A stretch of DNA of 27,031 bases from contig NW_019091361.1 of assembly GCF_001949145.1 (NCBI RefSeq), positions 1,962,866 to 1,989,896 on the forward strand, read 5' to 3'. Position numbers and translations under genes: made by a program. Numbering within the stretch: the stretch's first letter is position 1; the number at the start of each line of letters is the position of its first letter. The notes beneath the pieces were generated by a model. It worked only from the letters and a program-made list of their open reading frames with translations, had not been told where the DNA came from and made no database searches. Shown in pieces: positions 10,867-23,590 of this stretch. The DNA comes from Acanthaster planci. Lineage: Eukaryota.

Positions 10867-13268
10867 CTGAGATAAGAACAGGCAGAGAAACCAACATTTT
10901 GTCACTGCCGGATCTGCCCTGAAATGGTCCACAACCAAAACGTCAATATCCCTTTCCCTGGAACGTGCTCGGGAGGGGGTTTCGAAGCACGGGACCGCGT
11001 GTGTGTTCGATGGACAGACAAACTTCTTAACTTACTTAATACACCTAGTCAATCAAATAGTCTCGGGCTAGGTGTGTAGTCCTTAGACAGCAGAGCAACG
11101 CTGAAACAAATGAGGCACTGCAGCTTTTATCTACAGATTTTAAGCATACATACGGTACATGTACATGTGCACGTGCTACTCTTGCAGTGGATTTATGTAC
11201 AGTTCCTTCAAAAGGGGGCTGCACGCCATAGGTTTCCATTAACCTAATAACATCAATTTTAATCTCAAAATACATACAGGTATAGTATCAGTATTGAACA
11301 GTAAATCCGGCACCCTCCACTGTCTGGAATGAAGCTAAGAAAACGAGGGAAACCAATGAAGTATCCCTTCTGTTCAATTGCTTGTTGAATTTAAAACAGT
11401 TCAGTTATAAAACCCTGAAAAGTTTCTCTTGTTCATTTACATTTTCTGACAGGCGTGTATCACAAAATACATATATGGACTGGTATAATTTGGTCACTTG
11501 TGTACCCCTATGTCCCCTCAGGTCTGAGAGTAACCAGAGGAGGGTCATCACCGCATCCCCACCCCCCCAGCTTCGGGAAATAGAACCCTCCTCTGGTCAA
11601 TCACAGACCTACGAGCAAAAGAAGTACACTGGAGACCTCAGTGCCCTTCCATCTTCACAGTGGTAAGAGATATTCAAAACTTACATGTACATACATGTAG
11701 CTTTGCACGCACAACCACATGCACTAAGGCCGTATTTCGAAAACTTGTTTCTGCAAAGTTCCTTTCAATAAAAAAATCAATATATAATTGTAGTTTTCAG
11801 ACACAATTCTTACCGTTTGGGAAGCTCTGCTCACATCCCACAGAACTTGTACATGTACCGCTAATTGTTAGCCCTTTTCCTCAACTAACTTTAACGCAAA
11901 TAGACATTCAACTGGGAAGTAATATGTATGCATGTACATTTACAAGGGAGATTCCACATCAATGTGCTGAAGACTTTTCCTGTGTGTATTCCAGGCTTCA
12001 AGAGCAGAGACAGAACTTAACAATGTGAATCAAATGTCCTTTATACGTGCAAGTCAATGTATGTCAATCGAACCTTTCTTGGCAATCACATTAACTACAT
12101 TTCAAGTTGTGTCCTTTCTCAATCTTGAAGCCAATTCCACAGCTAGAGGCATGCTTTTGAAAGCTTTTATACCAACCTTGAGAGCACTGCCAGTACAATC
12201 CAACTACAAATTCAATAACCCCAGGTCCCCAACATTATCATCCAACTATTGAATTATCTATAACGATGACAAAGAGGATTACCTGCAGTGTTACACGGGC
12301 AATCTCCCAGCACCGATTCCTTTCTCAAGCTGTCTGCATATATACATGTACATACATGTAGCTCCGATCCACACACAACAGTGAAGTTAAGTCAATTGCT
12401 GAATTTCCATTGTGCGACCGTGGACACAGAAAACTGACTGCATGTGAACATCAGCTGTCAACTGATATTGGACTTCAGAGGCAGAAGCGACCTCATATTC
12501 ATCTGTCTGATGCCGCTCACCCCCGAGGGAGAACAGGCAGAAGATGGAACAGCCACGGGAATGCCATGGATGGACAACAGCCATGCGAAGCATGATTCAG
12601 CCGGGAGAGTCTGATTTAAAAAAAGACACAGGGGGGCCTTGGTGATTGAAGGAGGAATCCTGGTGGTAGGTGACCCAGATTTCTTGAAGATTATTTACAA
12701 TGGAAGGGATACAGGCAAATCAACGGCTTCTTCAGGACTCAAACAACGAGGGGCACAGTTTGGCCAGGCTCCCTGCTGGATTTATGCTAGTTCCCTTCTC
12801 GACCAACCTGGGGTACTCTTCACCGCAATATTACTGAGCAACTTGCTTGTGGGCATAATTTGAAGAAATGACAGACCAAATTCTAAGGGAAGTGGTTTGA
12901 CAAGGTCCGCTCAAAATGCCGCAAGAAATATTTGAACTGAAGAATACCAAAAATGTTTCGTTCACCAAAAAGCATGCACACTTTTAAACTACAAATGCAG
13001 AGGAAGGTAAGTAACAGCTTCGTAAAAAAAAAAAAAAAATTGGGGTTACTTTTGCTGGGTCAGCTCTGTGGAGAATTTCAATGGCAGGAAACAACCGCTT
13101 GTAACCTTTCAAAATCTGTAATTCAGTGTATCTCACTCAGCTTGTCCGCAAAATACTCAAAAACCCTGAAGTATACATCTGAACAGATATAGTACAACAC
13201 ATGTGTGGTAATTAGAAAAGTCCTACAGTGTGGACAGTAAAATGCACATGTACATGTACCTTCACCAA

Positions 13269-13342
13269 CACTTCCAAGCCTGTCATTCCCAATCCGGGCA
13301 CTCTCACTTCCAAGCTTGTTATTCCCAATCAGGGCACTCTCA
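13269..13342 (+). repeat. 36-bp tandem duplication
   Basis: cacttccaagcctgtcattcccaatccgggcactct followed by cacttccaagcttgttattcccaatcagggcactct. Confidence 0.9.
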
Positions 13343-14139
13343 GCAGAAAGGTCTGCCCAGCAGGTGAACACAGTATGATGAAAAATTCAAAGGTATTTTC
13401 AAAGTTTAAAAATTTCGAGACAGGCAAGGACTATGAAGGATTTTCCGGCATAGGCAAGGAAGTTCCCTTATTCACATGCATCGGACGGCCCCTACCCCCT
13501 TCCCCCGCCCTGCAAAAGTAGGCAAACAAAAAAGACAAACGCATCAGGGATTCTATTAAAAGCCTCTCCATTTCAGGCCTCGATCGCAGCATCCATCTGG
13601 GCTGTGATTGCAAGGTTAAATCAAGGAAAGCCCCAAGGCCTTCCACTGAATAATCGCCCTTTCCGGTGATGTGCTATAGTGGTACTTAAACCTGTCAGAT
13701 AGAATCAATGATGACACATGTAGTTGGACAAGACAGACAGAGAGGCCACAAAAGACATGGTCATCACATTGAAAGATTTTACATGTATGCCAGTAAACTT
13801 GATTATCTTTGAGGAGAAACTAGGAATATCATCATGGGGATTTGGAACAGAGAGGAAGTGTCTGCAATTTTTTTTGCCTTTGGGCATTTTTTTCCCCCCT
13901 GAAGGCACAATTCATGCCACTTTCCCACGAAATTCCGGCTGACTTGCTCTATCTGCACCAAGTGCAGTTACCACAAAACTGCGTCACGCAAGGGGTCCGT
14001 CCGTACTGCGTCAGTGTTCAAAATGCCATCTTTCTTAAAATAGCATTTAACCTCACAGTGGAAAAGAATCTGATGACACCATGGATGGTGGGAAACTATG
14101 GAAAGAACACATGAGTCACCAGAGCAAGAGAAAAAATTG

Positions 14140-15370
14140 AAACAAGAGCTTCTTTGATTATCTGTAACAGAGCATACCTGTAGGGCTTTCCCGCATTCTT
14201 AAACAATGCTGAAACATAAAACTTGCCTTCCTGCATGCAATACAAAAATGTTTCGACCCAATCGGACATGTACTTCAGGAGATATAGTGATTTAAATGAT
14301 GCCACTTTCAATGACACATGACAGGTCATCAGATGTCATCTTCACGATATCAATTTTTGTCTACATCACTTCCCTTTGTAGCTACACGCAAGGTTTCCAC
14401 CTAACCGGACATTTACTTCAGGAGATATAGTGCTTCAAGGGGTGCAACTTCAATGTCACATTATTTCTTAGCTGATGAGGTCATCACATCTGATCTATTT
14501 TTTTCTATAGCACTTCCCTTTCTAGACACCTGATCATGTCATAGTGATGATATTGTTCTGACACGACACACTCTTGGGTCAACTGGACTAAATATGCACC
14601 CAATATGAAGTCAGTCAAATGAATAAAGTGCAATAAAAGATGGAAGTGATAAAAGAGTCGCTGACAATTGAAAAACGTATACAAAACCAACACAGAAAGA
14701 CTAGACCTTTAAATTCGTGTCATGTGATTTGCATTTGAATCCAAACATTTCTACAAAATATTGCTTGATATTTTAACTCTTGGGTATATTTGTAATGAAA
14801 CAAAGGAAAAAAATTAAGATTTCTCTTTTGTTCTAGGGGTAATCCTCGGTTGCAGTTGAGAACCGCTCAGTCATTAAGATCGATAGCAGTGCGTATTCGA
14901 AAAATGTGTACCAACCTAAGGAGACAAATTGCAACTTTAATCTTATATCGCATGACCCCCTGATGACGTCATTATGATTCTGTCCTGGGACCCTCTGTAA
15001 CTGGTTGGCTAAGAGTGTGCACTCAGTGTAAACTCAATCAGCTCAACAATAGTGCCAAAGTCGAGCTATTGAAAAACGTGCACAAAACCTACAGGGAAAA
15101 TTAAATATTCAAAATTCCATTATAAATCACGTGATGACATTATCATGACCTCATTATTCATGAAAGACCTTTGCTTTATGCCCTTTGACTGTATAAAGTG
15201 TCAATGTCATATGAAATTGTTTAATGCCAAAACTACCGATGAGAAAATTTATGTACAAAGTCTATGGTATTTGGGCCAGGAGACCAAGGAAAAGATAAAA
15301 GAAAAAAATCGGTACAAAAAATGGTGCCTTTTCTGCACTATGCGCAAAAGCCAAAAAATGGCAGCTAGAC
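14140..15370 (+). mobile_element. Composite interspersed repeat with internal diverged tandem subunits, resembling non-autonomous Helitron/Helentron-type elements; boundaries approximate
   Basis: Begins aaacaagag. ggacatKtacttcaggagatatagtg occurs at 14264 and 14407 (period 143). attgaaaaacgt..acaaaacc occurs at about 14667 and 15068, with a weaker copy near 14895. The family assignment is inference. Confidence 0.5.
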
Positions 15371-16054
15371 ATGTTGATGAACTCCGTGACAAGGAAAAAG
15401 ATACAAAAGTCTCATGAATGCAGAGAACATGCACTTTCAGAGGCAAATCTAAAGCAATAAGAGGTGAGATAACTACGAGAAGCTAAAGAAACAAGGACTC
15501 TGACACAAATGCTTCGATTATTGGGAGTAGGAGAGAAGCAAAGCAACCAAGAAAGTGATAAAAGGAAATGAAACCAAGCACAATGGAATAAATATGATAG
15601 AACAAAACATTAAAAAAGAAATGAGAGTTGACGAGGAGAATGAACCACTTCATACTTGTAGGTAACGCCTCCAAGACAATTCAAAAGGTGAAACCCACTG
15701 ATGGCCTGACCAAACATCTAGACATGCCCTTTTCAGTCACCACATAAAATGTGACTGATAACTGCAAGAATGTGTAAATCACTGCCCCTTCCTCTGTTTA
15801 CTCACAAAGTACTTGATTGGAAACCTGTACCCTGAAATCTTAATATAACTCTGGGGTAAATTAATCCCTTCCGCTGCAGTCCTCCAGATTTAAACATGAG
15901 AAAAACTTTCAAGAGTAAAATGCCCAAAAGTGAAAAGAACTACTTTTTTGTGCTGTCTGTCTCTTTTGTTTTTATTTCTCTCAATTTTGCTCCCCAAAAG
16001 CTACAAAAGCTCATTCCCAAAGGTTCAAAAGAAGAAGGTTAATTGCTACCATCA

Positions 16055-16310
16055 GGGGCCAATTTCACAGAGCTGCTTCAGCACAAAACTGCTTAAGCGT
16101 GAAAAAAGTGTGCTTCAAAAAACAAAGCTTACCAGCTCAAACTCTATGTGATTGTTATGCTAACCAAAAGACAGCTACAAGTAAATACCATTCCAAAAAA
16201 ATATACATGTACCTCACAAGGAGTTTTGGCTGGTTACCTGATTTATCCAGCAAAATTTTCTCGTGCTTAAGCAAATTTTGCGCTTAAGCAGCTCTACCGA
16301 AATTGGCCCC
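16055..16310. mobile_element. MITE of about 255 bp with long imperfect TIRs (PIF/Harbinger-like ends)
   Basis: Left end ggggccaatttcacagagctgcttcagcacaaaactgcttaagc; reverse complement of right end ggggccaatttcggtagagctgcttaagcgcaaaatttgcttaagc. Confidence 0.85.
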
Positions 16311-17601
16311 CGGTGTTCCGCATTCTAAAAGTAAGTGAAATACTAGCACATGGAGCATGGACACAAAGATTAATAACAAATCATCTTAGTTGAATTTGAA
16401 GTATGAAATAAATCAGGTAAAAAGTTAATAACCATACCCTGACCAAACTGAAAAAAGAAAAACCACACCCAACAACCTGTGACCGTATGCCTATTTTACA
16501 TTGTGAGCCGATGCAACAAAGAAGCTATCATCTCTAATATATAAACAGCACACAGCCACTTCTGAATAAATGCAGTGGCTCAATTGCATTGTTAGCTAGA
16601 GGCTGTTGGTAGCTATCCATAGCCAAGTAAGAGGCTTACATGCGCTTTCCAATGGCAGGAAACTATCCACCGAGTCCCAACAGGAAAATGCAAATGTAAG
16701 CAATGCACGACATCATTATGCTACAGGCCTATTTGGACTCCCCTTACTGTTTCCACAATGTAAAATAAAACAAAGCATTCAACAGAGGGCGCTATTAAAA
16801 GTGTACTGACACTTATATCATTTTATTTTACATGTCCATATGGACATGTCCCTACTGCTACTGCATGCTCTTTATCTTCTCAAAATAAAGAATTCTAATT
16901 CTACAATAAATGCAGATGTCCCAGCATCAAGAGAGATGCTTATAAATAGCAGACTTGTGACCCAGCACATGTACATGTACCTCAAGTCAAGCAGCGACGA
17001 CAGCCCTTGCCGCACTAACTTCAGAGCACACACGCATTTAAATTCATATTTTGGCCAGGCCCTACTGTACGTACTTTATACACTGTGTTCTACAAATGTC
17101 CCCTTTCTAAACTTTAAAGAACACAAAATAAACGTAAAACGAAAGTCAGTACATCATTTTATTGTCTCAAGTGAGCAGGGGTTAAACTTGCAATCAACTC
17201 TCCTTAGTCACCAAACTGTTGTGCCACTTACGACAAAAAATGGCAGCCACAATCAAAACTAGGGCAAGCCTAACACCATGGATTGTGGGCAAACATGAGC
17301 GAAGTCACAAGATGTTACACCTTCCAAAACCTAAAATCAACTTCTTTTTTTATCAATTGTCAACAAAAATAAACGTGTGAACAAGTCCACAGTAGCCCCT
17401 TTTTGGCTTTTATACAAAACCCTGTTGTCTTATTGACAGGCTGGAGCCATGTCACTGCCAAATAACTTAAGGTGGAAACTTCATGATTATTTGTGGCCTA
17501 TATGTACCTAAACACATTGCAGAGATTGAAGTCACTTCTCTATTACCAAGGCAACATGTGATACCAATTTTCAGTGGTTGCCAGGGCTCTTATGTCTCTA
17601 T

Positions 17602-17720
17602 GGCCGTGTCCGAAATGGGCTTCCAGAGCTACGGCTAGGTCTATTGTCTACGCATCTCCCCACATTTCCAATGGAGGGAAGACCTAGACCAAGCTCTAGA
17701 CAAGAGATTCGGATGCAGCC
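17602..17720. mobile_element. 119-bp MITE, copy 1
   Basis: Ends ggccgtgtccgaa / ttcggatgcagcc, with an internal ctaggtct/agacctag inversion. Colinear with 25564-25682. Confidence 0.85.
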
Positions 17721-17927
17721 TGAATCAACTTATCTGGCTGTTTAAATGTGGGCTGAAAACACACATTTAATTAAAGAACTGCTAACTGTCAAATACCCAG
17801 AAATACATGGACTGCACTGTCACTCACTTTTAATAAGGCGCACACAATAGAGTTTCACACAAGTCTGTAGCCATGTAAATAAATCAAACAATGATCTAAA
17901 TAAAAAAGCTTTAGAATATGCGACTTG

Positions 17928-17933
17928 TTTATT
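17928..17933 (-). terminator. Candidate polyadenylation signal (AATAAA) for the 18140-18253 terminal exon
   Basis: Plus-strand tttatt. On the minus strand it is followed about 20 nt later by T-rich sequence (cttttttatttagatcattgtttgatttattt). Confidence 0.4.
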
Positions 17934-18139
17934 TTTAACGTACATACCCTGATTGAACAGACATGTATAACTTAAAAATTATATTTTTTAAATTCCAAAT
18001 TTGATTACAAAATTCTTGCACGTCAGATGGAACAAACACCTCATGTACATGTAGACGTGGTTAATTCAGTCATATCTGCATGTTTGTCATGCTCTAGAAA
18101 AACCAAGCCATGCAAGTTTAGACTAGCAACTGTGGCATT

Positions 18140-18253
18140 CTACACTTCTTCATGCGAACTGTCAAGCACACTCTCATCGTTACTGTTCTTGAATGACGAG
18201 CTACATGCAGCCTCGGTTTGGACAGAAGTGGTGTCGTCAGGAGTATCCGGGTC
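18140..18253 (-). CDS. Candidate terminal coding exon of a short DAPK isoform: DPDTPDDTTSVQTEAACSSSFKNSNDESVLDSSHEEV*
   Basis: Long T-rich, AG-free tract (about 70 nt) ending ctgctaacaaag|. Open in phase 0 and ends in TAG, giving an acidic Ser/Thr-rich tail. AATAAA lies about 210 nt downstream. Confidence 0.6.
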   Translation of the reverse strand, partial: DPDTPDDTTSVQTEAACSSSFKNSNDESVLDSSHEEV

Positions 18254-19779
18254 CTTTGTTAGCAGGGATGACAATAAAAGCAAGAAGCGAAACAAAAAAC
18301 ACAAAAACAAAAAATCAATTGCATGGCAACTAAATCAAGATGAAACTGAGCGAACTTCAGATATGCCAAAAAAAATTGGAAATTCTTCTGAAATCTTCCA
18401 TTTCTTTCTAAATTTGTATGAGTCAATGCGTCCTTTTCATCAACTTTATTATTTCTTTCTTCAAATTTTTAATGGATAATGGTGTTCTCCAAGCAAAAAA
18501 ACACTCAAAACCGAGATATTCATTTAATAAAGTTCACATATAACACTCAACTTTCAATGTTTCTCATGTGATGACAAACAGAACACTGTCATGAAAAAAT
18601 GTGTGGTGTACTTATTCAATATGTAAGGACTATGTACACATATGGGGGTTCCATGACCTGTTTAATGCCACAAAGCAAATTGATGGTTTTGGTGACTCAA
18701 ATACCTCACAACCATGAAATGAATGCAAACCTATCATGAGCTGTACACGTATACATTGTAAATGGAGGTGACTGCTAGATGTTGGCAGACATTTGGATAT
18801 TCTCTCTTCTGGCACATTCAAGCCTACTCTGAGTAAGCCTCACATGGCATGCTTTCTCTTTGATATTTAAACCATGCTGAACCCAACAAGGTTATGCAGG
18901 ATTTCAATGGTCCCTAGGGGGTTAGGGTTTAGTCTTTCAACAACTACCTACATGTACCAGCACCGCGCTGATATCCGTCCCGAGTTGAAGTGCACCCCCA
19001 ATCAGCAAAAGAAAGACAGCTGGCTACAAGCAGGTTCTTGCATGCGTTCTGCATGTATGCAAAGACCATACAAGCCAGAATAAATTAGTGACGCGTACTC
19101 AGCATGCTCTGCATCAAACGCACATATACTTGCGCGCCTCATGGCGCGCCTATGCGGTGAGCACTAAAAAAAATGCCCTCTTTTGCTCTGCTCAGAGTGG
19201 ATACAAAAAAGCCCTTATTGTTGAACTTGTCAGTATAGTGTTTAAAAAAATACATCAAAGATCTTGAGCCTTGTTTGATTTACTGATGTGCTTGTTCACA
19301 TAGTTTCATTTTATCTGTTTACTACACTGTAGGCCTACTCATTTTTAAAAAAGAATAAACAAACATGGATTCAGAAAATGTAAAGTACATGTACCTGGTT
19401 AGTTACGCTGGAACATTAAAATGAACTTGAGAAGGGTATCAACCAGTTGCCATCTCAGGAAAGCAGTCGTGAGGAACCACATGTACACGGAGTCAGATAT
19501 CCACACACTAAAAAAGTCTTCCAAAAATAGCAGCTTTCATGCTGTATTTCAGAGACAAAATTGCATGCACAATGTGTCGATGGCAAAGATCGCATTTCAA
19601 GTTAATCTTGATTCACCCAAGCAGAACTGAAAAGGGAAGCACATCTAAGAATTAGAATCTTGATGTGGATGCTTTATCCAAGCAGTGCCTAGTTTGCCGA
19701 CAGTCTGATCCCTGTAAAATGGTTTTGCTCACTACCGGTAGGTGGAATTCCTGGTCAGGCAAGATGAGTGTGTTCTTAC

Positions 19780-19827
19780 TGCATCCTTTATGTTCTTTTG
19801 CCGTCTGCATCTTGTAGAACAAAGGTC
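19780..19827 (-). CDS. Candidate 48-bp phase-0 cassette exon: DLCSTRCRRQKNIKDA
   Basis: Acceptor gtgtatttctgtag| and donor gca|gtaaga. Frame-preserving and open in phase 0. The exon is short, so a chance match is possible. Confidence 0.3.
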
Positions 19828-21729
19828 CTACAGAAATACACGTACATTATTTTTATTTTCCTTGCATTCCAAACAAAGACACGATTTGCTGTGATGTTTC
19901 CCTACGGCACTCTTTCTGGCACGGATGTGGGGCAACAGGTGCTCACTGCACAAGATGTAACAGTGGCTTCACACTGGCATTTATCAAAGGATTGCATTTG
20001 TGCAAAGAAGGCACGGGGCCGAGCTGATGATGGAAGAGAAAAGACCTTGTTGTCTGAATGACATTTCTGCAGGCAGCCTCGGCAAGACAGAGTGATGCCA
20101 CAAGGGATACTCTCCAGACTCCTCTCCACTCCGCCGCCTTTCGTTCTCTATCCTTTGAGAAAGTTAAGGGCCCGTAACTATGGTGATTACCGTTCCATGA
20201 TTTCTTTTTATGAATATCTGTGGCGCCGTGCTGGCCACGGGTGGGATTTACTCTTAATGCACAACACCCTATTACTTAAAAGTGAAGGGCCCTTAGGGTA
20301 CGTGTCTGATAATCTACAATGACTTAGCTGCTCCGACTATCATCTATTTTATCGGCAAAAACATTGTGAGAATGAACTGCATGCATGAGCAGAGTAAAAA
20401 AGCCTGCTTCCATACACGAATAAAAGAGAGTCAGAGTGACCAAAAAAAGTCTCTTACATGCAGCTTTTTATCCATCTTGAAAAGGTATCTTTGCAGACAA
20501 GTATTAATGGTCAAGTACTAAGTAGTATTTTTATGCAGAATAGGACTGATCTTGAAACAATCACGTTCACAATCTACAGACAGGAAGACGCCCAGGTGCA
20601 AGCAAAATGTCATGCTAGTGTTGGCTACGACTGGTTCAGTAAACCAACAGGGACATCCTACGTACAGTTTATTGTATTGTAGTGGGGGAAAAAGTGTATT
20701 TCTATATGAAAATACGGCAGTAGATGGTTGTGCATGTTCTTTCCCCCAACAATGTTACTGCAGCTTTGGGTTCAGCAGTGTAGACTGGAAGAGCTTCTTC
20801 TGTGATTGGACTTGCCTGGGTTTGCCCGGCATAAAAATCTACGTCAGTGATAGCACTGCACGCTAATCCACTTTATTTACCCAAGGCCAAATTGTACGTG
20901 TTGTTTGCTAACACGTGGGATGACATTTACAGCACTTCAACCAAACAAACAAAACATGTGGGATTACATCTTTCACAGTTTAATGTTAACATAAAGGGTG
21001 CCTGACTATGTCTGGCCTGAGAAGCAGAATGGGATATGTCTGATGGTGGATTCACTCAACCCCCCCCTCAAAAAATAGAACAAGCCCCTCCCCCATCGTA
21101 TACGACATTGTACCATGTTTATTACACACACTGCGTGACATAAAACTCGGACAAAAGGGGCAAGCTCTTTAGCAACGCTGGAACTGGAAATTCCATCTTT
21201 GCATCACAAGAATTAAGAAGCAAATGGTGTTTGATAGCATGCTCCTTCTGGTGCTGAAGAATACTGCTGACTATTTCCATGGAAAAAAACTGCTGTTTCT
21301 TGGAAACACAAGAAGCACACCATGATCTCATCCCCAGGAGTACGAAGAAGTCGGTCCAGCCTATTTCTCAGGTACCCCAACTCCCCCCTCATACAGATGA
21401 TTAACAGGGTCCTACTCAGAGAGTCATCTGAGGAACCACCTTAGCTTCATCAGGGGCTTCACTACAAGGTGGTGTCTCTACATTTCTAAGTCAACAGCCA
21501 ACACCAAGGTGATTGATTTGAGAGACCTCAATGGTGGAGTTTCACCTGCTGTATAAAGCTCACACTCACCTACATGCAGAGAGTTTCTGAGCTGGTTACT
21601 TTTCTGAAGCGATCTGAGTCTTTCACACGACTCGCTGGCATGCCACTTGCTGTTCTTGCTCATGCAGTTCACTCAAGGCAAACAACAATTAATCAAACAA
21701 GCTGGGAAACAAATACTGCAGTGACTTAC

Positions 21730-21846
21730 ACCAGCGGCGTGGACAGACGTATTGCTGCGTGCTACTACTGATCCCGCAAGGGAGTGTTTGGCTTTGCGCA
21801 GGATGCTGGCGCTCTGGGATGAAACTGGATGATTCTTTTGGAACAA
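21730..21846 (-). CDS. Candidate 117-bp phase-0 cassette exon of the DAPK gene: LFQKNHPVSSQSASILRKAKHSLAGSVVARSNTSVHAAG
   Basis: Acceptor atgtttcctccag| and donor ggt|gtaagt. Length is a multiple of 3 and the phase-0 frame is open. No recognisable domain. Confidence 0.45.
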
Positions 21847-23509
21847 CTGGAGGAAACATTGGGCAATGTGTCCAGGTATAAACATGTACATTTAGAAGAG
21901 AACATTCTATATTGGGATCTAACAGGGCGTGGTAAGAAGCAAGGTGATGAGTCACAGACAGGGGAGAACACAGCGGGAGAAATCTCAATTACATGTTTCT
22001 GGCTGCAATGCCAAATGGTACCCTCGGTATCAAGAGGCTCCAACCGCATCAAAGTAGTGACGTAAGTTCAACAACTCAACGGTAACATAATTATAGTAAT
22101 GCTCTCCACCTACAAATACTGGTACATGTATGTCCCATTACAATCTCCAAGTATATGTGTCAAGCGACATGTAATTCACACTAATGCCTCAATATGAAGT
22201 TCACCGTACCCAAGCAATTCTTTTCCCGCACAGGAAAACCATTCTTAAGATTTTATCCTTACATGTGTACAGCATGTGAAAAAATCTCCACACGTAGTGC
22301 ATGTGCAGGAAAAAGGTGCGTAATATGTATCAAGGATTCCATCAAAGACCACTTTTAAATTTCAACTAGTTGAAACCAAACAGCCACACATTTGCACACT
22401 AGCCTTATTAGTTTGAAAAGTGGATTCTTTAGAAGTGTGTGCCCAATAGGATACCGTACATCACTGATTTCAAGGCTCGCCCTAAAAAGCCACATGAACC
22501 AGTACATGGTCTACATGTCAATGATGAAAGTGAATGATTTGGCGTGTTGATGAGCATCAGACTGGACTGCACTTCATCTTGCAGTTTTTGCACTGAATTT
22601 TCTTTTTGGGATTATTATTAAAAATCTCAGGATAAACTTGAAAGCTGGGCTCCATTTGTTTGTGCCAAATATGGTGAAAATTTTAAATCGAAATAGTCAA
22701 ATACAAAAAACAAAAGTCTCGCTACGGAATTCTGTTACTCATGGAAAATGGAGCAGAACAAGATAATAAGAAGACTACCATTTGCACAAATAAAATCCAG
22801 GAAAAAATTGACGAAAATCAATTATATAAAAGTGCCTTCAGACTGTAAACAGGGAGCCAACACAACTGTGCTGTATTATGACATACAGCACTTCACTCTC
22901 CAATGAGCCAATTTGGTATTCCAACCATGCTTGCCCAAAATGACACGCATCCGAGGTCATTTTGGAACAGCGATATGCACGAGCAAGGTCTTCCTAATCA
23001 GCTCGGCCATACGCAGATGCCCGTGTATGCTTTGTTCTCCAATGACCTCGCCTGTTTGAAAGACCAAACTGGCCCAATCAACTCGCCCGAGCTCCACAAT
23101 GACCGCAGCGTGAATGGTAGATGACTTTGAAGCACAGTGAATGAAATGGACTGCTGACCCTTTCAATACCATACAGATCGGTTGGCTCTGCAAAGTGAAC
23201 CTCAAGATTACACATGTCAGGAGCCCAAGCCAGAAAAATTCCAGCGATTGCTAGCAACCAATTTCATTTCAAACTAATAACCACATCCGAAATACTTGTT
23301 TAAAAAAATGTGGGTCAAACTGCGGGTCAAACTGTCTTCATCATGCAGAAGAAATAAAGCAACGCTGTTTTGTAAAACTAGGTTCTTCCCTCTGAGATGA
23401 ATAATCCAAGGATCTGATGGTGGCGAATCACCTTGCGCACATGATACCATATAGTAATGAAAGGGCCGATACACACAGCAGAAAAGCAAGCGCAACTACA
23501 GAGACTCAC

Positions 23510-23590
23510 CCCGTCCAGATTGCCTGTGGTGCTGCGGATTTTGGCATTTTTTGAGAGTCGGCAGCATATTGAGACCACCTTCATTGATTG
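23510..23590 (-). CDS. DAPK1: DAPK exon, 81 bp, phase 0-0, second half of the CaM-binding segment: QSMKVVSICCRLSKNAKIRSTTGNLDG
   Basis: Acceptor tatttgttctctacag| and donor ggg|gtgagt. It matches human DAPK1 QSVRLISLCQRLSR (recalled), including the Ser308-equivalent residue. Confidence 0.93.

Noticed and set aside
18027..18479. Longest ORF in the track (150 aa, plus strand)
   Set aside because: It is the antisense shadow of the candidate terminal exon; its Lys-rich run is the complement of the polypyrimidine tract.
19788..19826. TFVLQDADGKRT resembles the uDENN FVLTDxDGxRxYG motif
   Set aside because: Followed immediately by a stop, out of phase with the DAPK exons, and no other DENN exons were seen.
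20105..20170. U12-type signals (ccttaac near an AG; gtatccct)
   Set aside because: None of the identified DAPK exons ends in a GTATCCTT/ATATCCTT donor, so there is no matching U12 intron.
21780..21825. SSQSASILRKAKHS resembles the OAR motif (SSIASLRLKAKEH)
   Set aside because: Needs gaps, and there is no paired-like homeobox in the window.
21900..21960. HALLDPNIECSLL as a retroelement aspartic protease
   Set aside because: Lacks the D-S/T-G core, and no RT, integrase or LTR is nearby.
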